DNA of 63,876 nt, counting the filler, from Chiloscyllium plagiosum (Eukaryota): NCBI RefSeq assembly GCF_004010195.1. It is 4 parts of one record of this genome, joined end to end, with 100 filler letters (N's around TTAATTAATTAA, not from the genome) between each part and the next. Parts side by side here need not be neighbours in the genome. Positions count along the whole stretch, not along the records: positions 50,600 to 57,261 come from NC_057715.1; positions 57,362 to 63,876 come from NC_057715.1; 2 more parts are not named here. The stretch is one strand, 5' to 3'. The translations under genes and the position numbers were made by a program. The notes below the pieces were generated by a model. The model saw only the letters and a program-made list of their open reading frames with translations, did not search any database and had not been told where the DNA came from. Position 1 is the first letter of the stretch. The number at the start of each line of letters is the position of its first letter. Of the stretch, positions 51,866 through 63,876 are shown in pieces.

Positions 51866-52577
51866 GTAAAAACAATGACTGCAGATGCTGGAAACCAGAT
51901 TCTGGATCAGTGGTGCTGGAAGAGCACAGCAGTTCAGGCAGCATCCAAGGAGCAGCAGGTAGTCAAGATTTGAATGGTGCCTGAAAAGCATAGCAGGTCA
52001 GGCAGCATTGGAGGAGCAGGAAAATCGACGTTTGCTCAGGAAGGACATACTGGCACTGGAGCATGTCCAGCGGAGATTCACACGGTTGATCCCTGGAATG
52101 GTAGGTCTAACATATGAGGAACGGCTGAAGATCCTGGGATTGTATTCATTGTAGTTTAGAAGATTAAGGGGAGATCTAATAGAAACTTACAAGATAATAC
52201 ATGGCTTGGAAAGGGTGGACGCTAGGAAATTGTTTCCGTTAGGCGAGGAGACTAGGACCCGTGGACACAGCCTTAGAATTAGAGGGGGTAAATTCAGAAC
52301 AGAAATGCGGAGACATTTCTTCAGCCAGAGAGTGGTGGGCCTGTGGAATTCATTGCCGCAGAGTGCAGTGGAAGTCGGGACGCTAAATGTCTTCAAGGCA
52401 GAGATTGATAAGTTCTGGATGGCACAAGGAATTAAGGGATACGGGGAGAATGCGGGTAAGTGGAGTTGAAATGCCCATCAGCCATGATTGAATGGCGGAG
52501 TGGACTCGATGGGCCGAATGGCCTTACTTCCACTCCTATGTCTTATGGTCTTATGGTTTTGGGCAAAAGCCCTTCAT
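51866..52577. mobile_element. Penelope-like ends (minus) with a young CR1 3' fragment (52034-52556, plus) inserted in the ribozyme
   Basis: TSD cagatactgcag at 51854-51865 and 52578-52589; CR1 ORF FFSQRVVGLWNSLPQSAVE; (cttatggt) tail. Confidence 0.85.
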
Positions 52578-52909
52578 CAGATACTGCAGATAAGTGAGCT
52601 CCTGCCTTGACAGCTTCCACCGATGGTACTGCTGAGCTCAGGATGGTTTTTTTTTTTGCTTGCACATTGATTCGATTGCTATTTGATATGTGATTGTCTC
52701 CTGCCTCTTTGCTTCAGCCCAGTGCAGGTAACCAACAATTCTTCTGAGCCTTTTTGACCAAGACTACACCCTCTCCTAGGAGCCGCTTCCTGTTTCTTCA
52801 GTCAGTTGTCAAGATCTAGTCTCAGAGCATGTTTCTGAGGGGTGTCCAGTGTATTAATTCAGGCAATCACGCTGCCACTTTTGTGTCACATCAGTAAGGT
52901 TGTAGGGTC

Positions 52910-53405
52910 ATGCAGTGGTACTGCATGGAAGCAGACCCTTCTGTCCAACTGATCCACAGTGACCATGTTCCAAAACTAAACTTGTCCTACCTGCCTGTGT
53001 TTGGCCCCATCCCTTCAAACCATTCCTATCCTTGTACTTATCCAAATGTCTTTTAAATGTTGGAACTGTACCTGCATCTTCAATTCCTCTGGCAGTTCAT
53101 TCCACACACGAACCATTCTGTTTGTATAAAAAAAGTGCCTCTCATTTCCTTTTTAAAACTTCCTCCTCTCACCTTAAAAGTATGCCCTGTAGTTTTGAAG
53201 TCTCCCATTCTAGGGAAAAGTTTCTTACTATTCACCTTCTCTATGCTTCTTGTTATTTTACCAATCTCAATAAGGTCTCCCCTCAACCTCCAACGCTCCA
53301 GCAAAAAAAGTCCCAGTCTAAACCCTCTCCAATTTAATAATACCCTTCCTATAACAGAGCAACCAGAATTGCCCACAGCAATCCAGAACAGGCTTCACCA
53401 ACATC
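52910..53405 (-). mobile_element. CR1 3' fragment
   Basis: LGLFLLERWRLRGDLIE...GHTFKVRG. Confidence 0.75.
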
Positions 53406-54204
53406 CTTCTGTGTCTGCTTGTGCAATATTGGTTATGGTGAGTCCTGACTTCAGTAGACCCATGACAGGTGTAACTAACCTTTATGGAAGACCATTCAGC
53501 ACTGGTTTGAGTTTTACTTAATGTAAATGACAATGTTGAGTCACTGTTTGATTCTAGTCACATTTCCTTAAAAGGTAATTGGCTAGCTTCAACTTATTCA
53601 CACACATTTTCGCATCAGGCCAGTCTGCTAAAGTGGTGTATGGTATTTCACAATCTTTTTGGATTTAAATGTAAGCACTCTATAATCAGCAGTAGAGAGA
53701 CGTGCATATCTGATAGACTGAATAAGTGGTGGCTGTTACCATATGTGTAACTGTCTCCAAAAGGAAGAATTACATTACTCATTGGAAATTGTGACATTTA
53801 TGAACAGATTAATAGACACCACAATCAGTCCCTCAGAATATGCTGAACTGATCTGAAACATTGCAAAAGATCTCATCGATTTGGGTACGGAAGTCAGCTG
53901 TTGGTTCCTGATACTGTTTGCCATGCAAGAAAGAGTGCTGATAAGCGACAACATTAAGGTGCATGTGAGAATTTGGTGCTATGCTCCATACAGTCCCCAA
54001 TCCCACTTTGAAAATGTTAGTGATAGCAACTGGCTATGATTGAAGAAAGTTTTCTTGCAACCTGCATTGGCAACGGCAAAGACTTGAACACCACTCCTGC
54101 AGGAGATTGTTCCCTTTCTCTCGCTAAAATGACTGTGCAGCAGTAACCTCTCTCATACTGTGTATAATGTTTAATCACACTGACTTTGTTTTGTTTTTTT
54201 GTAG

Positions 54205-54354
54205 GAACATGAACATCTTGCTGATGTTCTTTCTACTATACTTGGCAAAAGTAAATGTGGGGCAAAGTGCAAGCTCGCAGCCCAACTATGTCCTTATCAT
54301 GGCTGATGACCTTGGAATTGGAGACCTGGGATGTTATGGAAACAGCACACTGAG
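54205..54354 (+). CDS. STS: Steroid sulfatase exon: signal peptide and sulfatase N-terminus
   Basis: Acceptor tttttttgtag|[51 protein letters not shown]; donor AG|GTTTGA; resembles human KMKIPFLLLF...[30 protein letters not shown] adjacency favours STS over ARSD/E/F/H. Confidence 0.9.
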
Positions 54355-55447
54355 GTTTGAAGTTAAATGTGTCGCCTTTTTCTTTTTACTAAAGTCATTA
54401 TGAATGGCTTGTGCTGCCTGCATCTGGTGTTCAAAAAGTAGCTGTTTCCAATGGCGGCCATATGAAAGCACTGGCCAAGGAAAGTGCTCTGTGTAAATGG
54501 ACTGGCATCGAATCAGGGCTTCCCTCTGTATCTGTATAGGTAAATAATTAAAATGTGGCCGGATAGTACAATAAAAGAGAAAATAATTTATAGAGTGACA
54601 TTCCTGGATAGATTTTGATACAAGAATTAGAACCAAATTTTTGCTATTTTACCCCTTGAACCTGTTTCACCATTCAATAAGGTCATGATGATTCACCCAA
54701 CTTAGGAGATTGCACATTCTCCCCGCCTCTGCGTGCGTTTCCTCTGGGTGCGCCAATCCAAAAATGTGCAAGTTAGGTGGATTGGCAATGCTAAATTGTC
54801 CGTTGTGTCCAGAGGTGTGAAGGTTAGGTGTGTTAGCCATGGGGAATGCAGGGATACGGTAGGAGTATGGGGCTGGGTGGGAGACTTGGTGTGGACTTGT
54901 TAGGCCGAATGGGGATTCTATATAAATGAATGAGTCTTTAACTCCATGTTCCTATCAGCTGCCCATACCCTTTAACTCATTGATCAGAAAACTGTCCAAT
55001 ACGTTGCTTTGTAACTAATCATTTTTTTGAAGTGTACTGAACACATCAGCCAATTTGTGTACAGCAAGCGCCCATAAGCATCAATGTGGTAAGGATAAAG
55101 TAATCTGCTCTGGTGTTCGTTCAGGGACTAAATATTGGCCTGGAGGTGAATTCCCTTGCTCCTTTTCAAGCAGTGAAATTGTTTGAGAGGAGCAATGTTT
55201 AATGACACATCAAACGATCCCTGATAGCGCAGCTTTCTTTAAATGAAATCAAAGTGGAGTTTGTGCTCGTATTCTTGAAGTGGGAATTGAACTATCTTCC
55301 TTTATACACAGGAGTCAAGAACATTTTTCACTGAGCCACAGCTGCAGCGCTGTGATGTCGGGTTCATTTTGTACGCATCAAGATCCAAAAAGCTTTGGGA
55401 TAGTCAGCATTTAAATCCACCCTTGTCAAGAGGCTTTGGAAATGCTC

Positions 55448-56050
55448 AGGGGGATCGAGTTTAAGACTCGCGAGGTTTTGCTGCAGCTCTACAAGTCCCT
55501 GGTGAGACCACACTTGGAATATTGTGTCCAATTCTGGTCGCCCTACTATAGGAAAGATGTGGAGGCTTTGGAGAGGGTGCAAAGAAGGTTTACCAGTATG
55601 CTGCCTGGCCTGGAGGGCTTACCTTATGAAGAAAGGCTGAATAAGCTCGTACTTTTCTCTCTGGAGAGAAGGAGGAAGAGAGGAGACCTGATCGAGGTGG
55701 ACAAAATAATGACAGGGATAGATAGAGTCATTAGCCAGAAACTTTTCCCCAGGGCAGGATTGACTGGTAGGAGAAGTAATAGTTTGAAGATATTAGGAGG
55801 AAGGTATAAAGGAGACATCAGAGGTAGGTTCTTTATGCAGAGAGTTGTGAATGCATGGAATGCGTTGCCAGTTGAGGTGGTGGAAGCGAAGTCATTGGGG
55901 ACATTTAAGCGACTGCTAGACATGCACATGGATAGCAGTGAGTTGAGGGATGCGTAGGTTGAGTTACTATAGTTTACATTAGGATTAAATCTCGGCAAAA
56001 CATCGTGGGCCTAAGGGCCTGTTCTGTGCTGTACTTTTCTATGTTCTATA
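55448..56050 (+). mobile_element. Young CR1 ORF2 3' fragment
   Basis: Open 173-aa ORF LYKSLVRPHLEYCVQFWSP...WNALP; ttctatg tail. Confidence 0.9.
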
Positions 56051-56649
56051 ATGGTCAAAGTTTCATCCTGCTGTTCAAGAGTCTGCAGAGCTCCAGAGAG
56101 ATGGACAGCTAGATTCTAAACAAAGCTATGTGCACAAGTCAGCTGCATGAAGTACAACCCTGCAGTTGGAGGGTTAGTGGCCACGAGTGGAGTTACTGCA
56201 CAATGGAAGTTGGCACCTTCAAGAGAGGAGTGTTCAAAGTTGGCAAGCAGCAAGGCAGAAATGAGAAGTGCTTGCCTTAGATGCAACAAAGTGTTTAAAG
56301 TAGAAAGTCATACAGAGTTTATCACAAATTATTTTGAGTTGTGCTTCAGAATAAAAACATACAGTCTTTTATAAGCGGCTGTGGGAGAGAAGATAAATGC
56401 ACATTATGGTATCTGTATTATTTGAAGCATTGGTTTTGATTATCTGCATGCTTTCAGTGGGAGGAAGTTAGTGTGTTGGCAGGACTCACTTGTTGTACTG
56501 CTAAACCCAGTCTCTGACTGAACCAACAGGTCTGAGAACATTCTGCTGTGCTTCCCTTAACATTTTAAAACTAGTTAAGAAGTGAATAAACTTTATTATC
56601 AATCCACAGGAAATTATTTAGTGACTAGAAAAGGCAATCAATTTAGAAT

Positions 56650-56912
56650 TGGAATCCCTACAACATGGAAACAGGCCCTTCAGCCCAACAAGTCCACACT
56701 GACCCTCTGAAGAGTATCCCACCCAAACCCATTCCCCATTACACTACATTTAACCCTAACCTACACACGCCTGAACACTATGGGTAATTTAGCATGACTA
56801 ATTCACCTAACCTCTACTTCTTTGGATTGTGGGAGGAAATCAGAACAAACCCACACAAAGATGGGGAAAATGTGCAAACTCCACACACAGACAGTTGCCT
56901 GAGGCTGGAATT
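56650..56912 (-). mobile_element. HE1-type SINE (other copies about 21030-21220, 30315-30625, 54705-54920, 61965-62272)
   Basis: gaatccctacaacatggaaacaggccc...gtgcaaactccacacac. Confidence 0.8.
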
Positions 56913-57261
56913 GAGGTAAAAACAATGACTGCAGATGCTGGAAATCAGATTCTGGATTAGTGGTGCTGGAAGAGCACAGCAGTTCAGGCAGCATCCCAGG
57001 AGCTTCGAAATCGACGTTTCGGGCAAATGCCCTTCATCAGGAATAAAGGCTGTGAGCCTGGAGTGTGGAGAGATAAGCTAGAGGAGGTTGGGGATGGGAA
57101 GAAAGTAGCATAGAGTACCTGGGGGTTGCAGTGGGAGAGGGACTCCCTGAGATTATTGTAGAGAGAGGAGGAAAACTTCTTCAAGGCAGGCATCCTTGCA
57201 AGAGGATTCGCAGTAGGGTTAAAATCAACGAGGTAAAAACAATGACTGCAGATGCTGGAAA
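56913..57261 (-). mobile_element. Tandem Penelope-like pLTR unit (317-nt period) with intact hammerhead core 57013-57040
   Basis: gaggtaaaaacaatgactgcagatgctggaaa at 56913 and 57230; CTGATGA-A-GGGC attt GCCC-GAAA-C-GTC on minus. Confidence 0.75.
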
Positions 57262-57361
57262 NNNNNNNNNNNNNNNNNNNNNNNNNNNNNNNNNNNNNNN
57301 NNNNNTTAATTAATTAANNNNNNNNNNNNNNNNNNNNNNNNNNNNNNNNNNNNNNNNNNNN
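57262..57361. other. Artificial contig-join spacer
   Basis: N44-TTAATTAATTAA-N44. Confidence 0.95.
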
Positions 57362-57855
57362 GCTCTACCTTCATCCACATGCTTGGTCACCTCCTCACAG
57401 AATTCAATAAGACTTGTAAGGCATGACCTACCCTTCACAAATCCGTGCTGGCTGTCCCTAATCAAGCAGTGTCTTTCCAAATACTCATAAATCCGATCCT
57501 TCAGTGCCCTTTCCATTACTTTGCCTACCACCAAAGTAAGACTAACTGGCCTGTAATTCCCGGGGTTATCCCTATTCCCTTTTTTGAACAGGGGCACAAC
57601 ATTCGCCACTCTCCAGTCCCCTGGTACCACCCCTGTTGACAGTGAAGACGAAAAGATCATTGCCAACGGCTCTGCAATTTCCTCTCTGGCTTCCCACATA
57701 ATCCTAGGATATATCCCGTCAGGCCCGGGGGACTTGTCTATCCTCAAGTTATTCAAAATGTCCAACATCTTCCTTCCTAACAAGTATCTCCTCTAGCTTA
57801 CCAGTCCGTTTCACACTCTCCTCTTCAACAATACGGTCCCTCTCGTTTGTAAATC
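57362..57855 (-). mobile_element. Young CR1 RT fragment at contig start
   Basis: [11 protein letters not shown]...NYRPVSLT...[12 protein letters not shown]. Confidence 0.9.
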
Positions 57856-58248
57856 ACTACACAGACAATTAAATAAATACTATCATGAAAGAGGACATAA
57901 ATGACATTCTCGGATATTGAGCAATACATTGTTTAATGACAGCATTTAAACTGCGATGAGAAGCCATGTCGTCTTATGGAAATGAATGGAGGGATTACAT
58001 AGCAATGGTCAGCAAATGGAGTTGGTGGTGCAGATCAGCTTCAGCCCAATTGATTGGGGGTAGTCTGCAGGGTTGAACAGCCGTTTGCAGCATTAGGAAC
58101 AATCTCCTATCAATTTCCACAAATATCAATATTCCATATCTACCACCACCACCTCCTAAACTAAATTATCAACATTCACATTTGATGCAGTGGAAGAAGC
58201 AGCTCCTTAAAGTCGATGCCATGGACAGAAGGACATACAGGACCTTAC

Positions 58249-58391
58249 CTATTAACGTGGAAGTTTTCAAATCCAAAAATATCCAGCAAGCCGATGGAGC
58301 GACGCCACACCTTCGGCTCTCGAGATGGTGGTTTATAAATCGCTGCATTGATCTTCTCCACAATCCACACAAACAGCCTCCCATAGATACC
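58249..58391 (-). CDS. MYO7A: Myosin VIIa motor-domain exon (143 nt)
   Basis: [47 protein letters not shown], including switch II DIFGFE; acceptor cattttaag|, donor AG|GTAAGG; in frame with the 61443 exon. Confidence 0.93.
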
Positions 58392-61300
58392 CTTAAAATG
58401 ATGAGAGACGGAGGGAGGGAGACAAAACACATGACCCACATCAGATCAAAATGATGAGACATGGCAGTTGTTTGACCTCTGAATAATTCAGAGAAAGGGG
58501 GAAATCAGCACAGCTGGAACGAGAGATTCAGTACATCACCAAGGAGGTTGAATAACCCCACAGCCTCTTTGGTCCAGCATATCTTTGGGCATCTACTCCA
58601 GTTTTTCAAATAAGCCTCATTACTTCTTGCCGATCACTTGCTTTTACACCCTGTACCCTTGCAGAAGGATAAAATGAGATTCACAGAACACAATAGATTG
58701 TTGCCTAAAAGTTTAATTTTCTAGTTGACCTTCCCAGAACAGCCAACCGTTCATCTCTGTATGATCCTCAATGACCATAAGTGAGCAAGATTATGAAGGC
58801 ACTGGCAACTTAAAAAATTTACAATCATCATCAGGTACTAATGCAAAAGGCACTAACAGACAGCATGTCTAAGGAAAGAAACGAGAAATGGGGATTGAAT
58901 TTCAAATTCTCCCTCCAGTCACCCAGATCATCTCCTGTAACAATATCAGGAAATCCAGGGACATACGACCAGAGCTTGCTGAGTAAGCTGTAGGAACCAC
59001 GGTGAAGAGCATTCAAAATTGGTTATTAATTATGGAACAGGTTTCTATCATAAGCAGAGTGGGGGGGGGGGGGGGGGGGGGGGGGGAAGAGGAGCTGGAT
59101 TAACTTAATCACTCTTCAAACTGGCACAGAAGTTGGGCTGAGTGGCCTCATTCTGTGCTATTTTTTGACCACCTTGCCTATTTTTCTGCTTCAGTATATT
59201 CTTTTGTTCAACTGAATCTGAATAACTGTTTTAGCCTGTAGGCAATGATATTTATTATGAAGACATTTTGCGATAGGCTTCCCATGTCAAATTATAATGA
59301 GCAAATAACCACAAACAGGGGCATTGGGTAATTGTTAGATCCCAGAATATTAAGTGAAACAAAGCAGAGAATAAATAATGCAAGTTTCTGTTCATAAAAA
59401 TTTCAAATTAAATCACTATCTTAAACATGCAAGAGAAGGTCTGGGATTAGTCCAAACAATAATGTGGCTGCAAACTAGCAAGTCTTTTAGGTCAACATTA
59501 AAAAACTAAAGTTACAAAATAAAAAACTTTCTAGCTATCATCCCTTCTATAACACAAGGAATTAGATATCATCCTTAAGGATAAAAGGGGTTGAAGGGTA
59601 TGGGAACAGAAGACGGAGTTGGATGGTTAATCATGATCATATTGAATGGCCGAGCAGACTGGAGTAGCCTACTCCTGTTGCTTTTGTGTTTCGGAGGCTG
59701 CTCCAATTCTCTTGTTACAGTTTAGTTAGGTTTGCAGATAAACAAACTTTTTCCCCTCTGTTCCAGTACTCTGCTCCCACTTATCTTTGAGATCTAGGAG
59801 CTTAAAACAAAACAACCAAAAAGGGAGTTTATGTTGGAACATTTCTTCAGTGTTTTATTTCAGTAATGGAAATCCAAAACAATAAAACAGAAACTGCTGG
59901 AAATACTCAGCAGGTCAGGCAGCAGCTGTGCAGAGAAATAAAAAAATTCAGATCTGACTTCTTAAAATCGGGACTCTGTTTCTCTCTCTGGAGGACAAAG
60001 CATCCCATAATACCACTGTGAACATTCACTCCCTCCAGCATGGAAGTTCAGTAGCAGCAGGGTGTATTGCAATAATTCAATCCTTAGACAGCACCTTCCA
60101 AAAACTCCTCCACTTCCATCTGGAAGGACAAGGGCAGCAGACACATGGGAACCCCACCCCCTGCAGGTTCCCCTCCAAGCCAGTCAGCGTCTCAAGGTAG
60201 AAACATATCTCCATTCCTTCACTGTCACCTGGCCAAAATAACGAGGTTCTCGTCTGGTTTTTTTTCACCGGACTGTTGATCCAGGTAACATTGAGGACCC
60301 AGGTTCAAATCCTGATAGGGGAATTTGAATTCAATAAAAAAAATCTGGAAAGAAGAGTCTAATGATAACGGTTGTCAAGAAAACCCATCTGGTTAACTAA
60401 TGCCCTTTAAGAAAATCTTACCTGCAAGTCCAGATTCACAGCAATGTGCTCGATTCTTAACTGCCCTCTAGGAACATAGGGATGGATGATGAACACTAGC
60501 CTAGCCAGCACCACACATCCCATGAAAAGAATGAAAACAAGATGCTAGTCCTGATGAGGCTGTTTCCAGCTTTCTCGGATTTTAAGTTTAATTTCCTGGT
60601 CAGTCAAAAGCACATTTTACAAGCAGTATTGTTGCACTTGATCAGGATGACTGCCTTGAAATAATTTAGAACATTAAAGGTTTGATGAGGTTTCTTGGCT
60701 CATGTTAGCAGTGGTGTTTGACATTGTCAGAGTGCTTCCCTCTCTGACAGCTCACAAAGCTGTTGCTGATGAGACAGATGTCTTGAAGATTACTAACATT
60801 GTTTATCCTGGCATTGCTCAGACCTAGATACAGTATGGGTTCTGCGTTGACAGATTATTGCTGTTATAGATCTCTGGTTGACTGAATACACTGCAATGAC
60901 TATTACACTGAATGGGGAGGACCTTTTATATCAGAAGGTCACATGTCAAGAAGTCATGCAGCTGTCTTAGAGGTTCACTGCCTGTCTAATCTAGAGCCTA
61001 CACAATAAAAAGGCTCAGCGATTGTACCCATCTCTGTCGGAGTCTAAAATCATTGAAATGATTTGACACAGCAATGTAGGGTCATAGAATTTTACAGCAC
61101 AGAAAGAGGCCATTTGACCCATCATGTCTACACCAGCTCCCGACAGAGCTACCCGGTTAGTCCCCATCTCTGTAGCCCACTGAATTCATCACTTTCAAAT
61201 ATATACATCCAGCTCTTTTGCAATCTCCTATTGAATCTACCTCCACCACTCTCCCAGGCAACCTTTCCAAATCCTAACATCCCTCACTCCAAGCTCTCTT

Positions 61301-61442
61301 GCTGACAATTTTCACAAAAGGATTAAATATCAAGCTTTTGCCAACTTTATGCAGTTAGATGCCTTGCCATTCCCATTTGTCCCTCATTTTCAGAGGGAGA
61401 CACACTCTCTCTCTGTTTCCCCATTCATGCAGCAACTTTCAC

Positions 61443-61562
61443 CTTGACAAAAGCATCTCTGACATCCAGTGCTTGGTCCATGTTAAGAGGGGTGGACACT
61501 GTCTCCCCTCGTGTGATGATGGTACGGCTGGTGAGGCAGTTCTGTAGATCCAAACAGTCAAC
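61443..61562 (-). CDS. MYO7A: Myosin VIIa motor-domain exon (120 nt)
   Basis: [40 protein letters not shown]; acceptor ttctttccggcag|, donor AAG|GTGAAA; phase 0/0; not in the ORF track. Confidence 0.93.
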
Positions 61563-63063
61563 CTGCCGGAAAGAAGAATGAGGCATTTATTTTTTTTGAA
61601 AAAAAAGTGACTCAGTCGATCATAGCATCATTCCTGTAATTGTCTCTTGGATAGAGAGGGGGAGGGTGGTTGTCCTACAATGAGAAGCTGAGTACAATCC
61701 AGGCAATGTTCCCTGGAGTTTAGAAGACTGACAGGTGATCCCTTTGTGATGGTCAAAGGCTCTGAAAGAGTTTGACAGAGTAAATCCTAAAAGATGGTTT
61801 CCCCTGGTCAAGGAATCCAAAACAAGGGCAGAGGCTGGGGCTCGATAGGGATAGGGACTGAGATGAAGAGAAATTATTTTATTCAAACAGAAGAGGGTCC
61901 TCAGAATGGTCTACCCTCGAGGGTTATGGATATTTCAATCTTGAATGTATTTCATAGAAATCAGAATCCCTACAGTGTGGAAGCAGGCCATTTGGCCCAT
62001 CGATTCTATCCCACCCAGACCCAACCTTATCCCTGTAACCCTACATTTCCCATGGTTAATCCATCCAGCCTGCACATCCCTGGACACTGTGGGCAATTGA
62101 GCATGGCCAATCCACCCTAACCTGCACACCTTTGGACAGTGGGAGGAAACTGGAGGAAACCCACGGGGAGAATGTGTAAACTCCACACAGACAGACAGTC
62201 AGCCAAGGCTGGAATCAAACTCTGTCCCTGGCCTTGCAAGGGCAATGCTAACCACTGAGTCATCGTGCCACCCTGGCTGAGATAAGGCTAAGACAGATAG
62301 ATACTTGATCTCTCAGGAAATTGAGGGATGGAGGAGTGGATGGGAAAATGGACTTGAGGCTTAAGAACATTATCATAAGAAATGGAGGATCAAACTTGAT
62401 GGGCTGGACACTCTAATCCTGTTGACTTGTGCTTTTGCTGATCTCCGAGGAAATGAGATCTCATTTATTTCCAACAATGCCTCTCAGAGCTAAGGGAAGT
62501 GCAGTCACACTTATCAAATGGGAATGGAGGGTGGAGAAAAATATGATAAATAGAGCGATGATTGAAGACTATATTGGTCACATGATAGTCTCAAAGGCTT
62601 CGGGTTAGAGTCCCATCCCACAGATTTGAGCCAAATGTCCAGACATTCCCACAGTGTAGGATTGAAGGATTGTTGTGCTGTCAGAAAAGCAATTGTTTGG
62701 AAGAGACATTAAAGTAGAGGGCAACTGTCCCTCTCAGGTGAATGTAAAAGATTCCCAGGGTCAAGTCAAGAGAAGAACAGGGCTTTCTGTAGTTTCCTGG
62801 CCAGTAGCATTGCCTCAAACCATCAGGAAAACCACAACTTGCTCACTCTCCCATTTGGATCTTGGATTTCTCAAATAAGCAGCCTAAAAAGGAAGAGGAG
62901 TGGGAAAAAAAACTTGGACTTTTATACAACTCCTTCTAAAACCTTTCAACATCTCAATGACCTTTGAAATGGAGTGACTATTGTAATAGGGTAGAAGCAA
63001 TGGCTAATGTGTACACAGTCAGTTCCCACTATACGGGATTGTCCAGATAATGCATTTTTAATG

Positions 63064-63242
63064 AAGTTAAAAGTCACATGGCATCAGGTTATAGTCAAAC
63101 AGATTTATTTGAAATCAAAAGCTTTACCTGACAAAAGAGCAGCACTCAGAGCTTCTAATTTCAAATAAACCTGTTGGACTATAACCTGGTGTTTTGTGAT
63201 TTTTAAACTTTGTCCACCCCAGTCCAACACCAGCACCTCCAC
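63064..63242. mobile_element. Fold-back Penelope-like end (family B), decayed
   Basis: caggttatagtcaaacagatttatttgaaa / tttcaaataaacctgttggactataacctg inverted arms around a decayed cctga...gagcagcactc core. Confidence 0.65.
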
Positions 63243-63876
63243 ATAGAGTCATAGAGATCTATAACACAGAAACAGATCCTTCGGTCAAACCCGTCAATGC
63301 TGACCAGATATCCCAACCCAATCGAGTCCCACCTGCTAGCACCCGGCCCATATCCCTCCAAACCCTTCCTATTCATATACCTATACAAATGCTTTTTATA
63401 ATGTTGCAATTGAACCAGCCTCCACCACATCCTCTGGCAGCTCATTCCATACACGTACCACCATCTGCGTGAAAAAGTTGCCCCCATGTCTCTTTTATAT
63501 CTTTCCCCTCTCACCCTAAACCTATGTCCTCTAGTTCTGGACTCCCCGACCCCAGGGAAAAGACTTTGTCTATTTATCCTATCCATGCCCCTCAATTTTG
63601 TAAACCTCTAAGGTCTCCCCTCAATCTCTGACGCTCCAGGGAAAACAGCCCCAGCCTGTTCACCCTCTCCATATAGCTCAAATCCTCCAACCCTGGCAAT
63701 ATCCTTTAAATCTTTTCTGAACCCTTTCAAGTTTCACAACATCTTTCTGATAGGGAGGAGACCAGAATTGCACGCAATATTCCAACAGTGGCCTAACCAA
63801 TGTCCTGTACAGCCGCAGCAGGACCTCCCAACTCCTGTACTCAATACTCTGACCAATAAAGGAAAGCATACCAAAC
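63243..63876 (-). mobile_element. CR1 ORF2 3' fragment
   Basis: LYRTLVRPLLEYCVQFWSP; GESRTRGHRFRVRG. Confidence 0.85.

Noticed and set aside
52718..52727. 10-nt micro-exon in STS intron (ttcag|cccagtgcag|gtaacc)
   Set aside because: Would shift the frame relative to the upstream ATG; such matches arise by chance and there is no independent evidence.
58831..59016. IVTGDD peptide as a PUDP exon
   Set aside because: The surrounding residues do not match PUDP, and it lies in a MYO7A intron on another contig.
59061..59086. 26-nt poly-G as a G-quadruplex
   Set aside because: Simple homopolymer, possibly a sequencing artefact; no other support.
1..63876. CRISPR array or prokaryotic operon
   Set aside because: Eukaryotic intron-exon and retroelement content; no regular repeat-spacer structure.

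Overview
Repeat-rich vertebrate genomic DNA, most likely from a shark or ray (HE1-type V-SINEs, many CR1 LINEs, Penelope-like elements). The window is not one locus. Three 100-nt N44-TTAATTAATTAA-N44 spacers (27199, 50500, 57262) join four contigs. Segments 1 and 2 contain no recognisable host coding exon. Segment 3 holds a CpG-island bidirectional promoter with PUDP/HDHD1 exon 1 (-) and the first exons of steroid sulfatase STS (+). Segment 4 holds two MYO7A motor-domain exons (-). The most striking structure is a population of Penelope-derived ends carrying minimal hammerhead ribozyme cores. Many form short fold-back insertions with 13-17 bp target-site duplications that invert at or near the ribozyme core. 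One 317-nt tandem unit resembles a retrozyme. Repeat boundaries were read by eye and are approximate unless a TSD is quoted. Family names come from recalled motifs, not from database searches.
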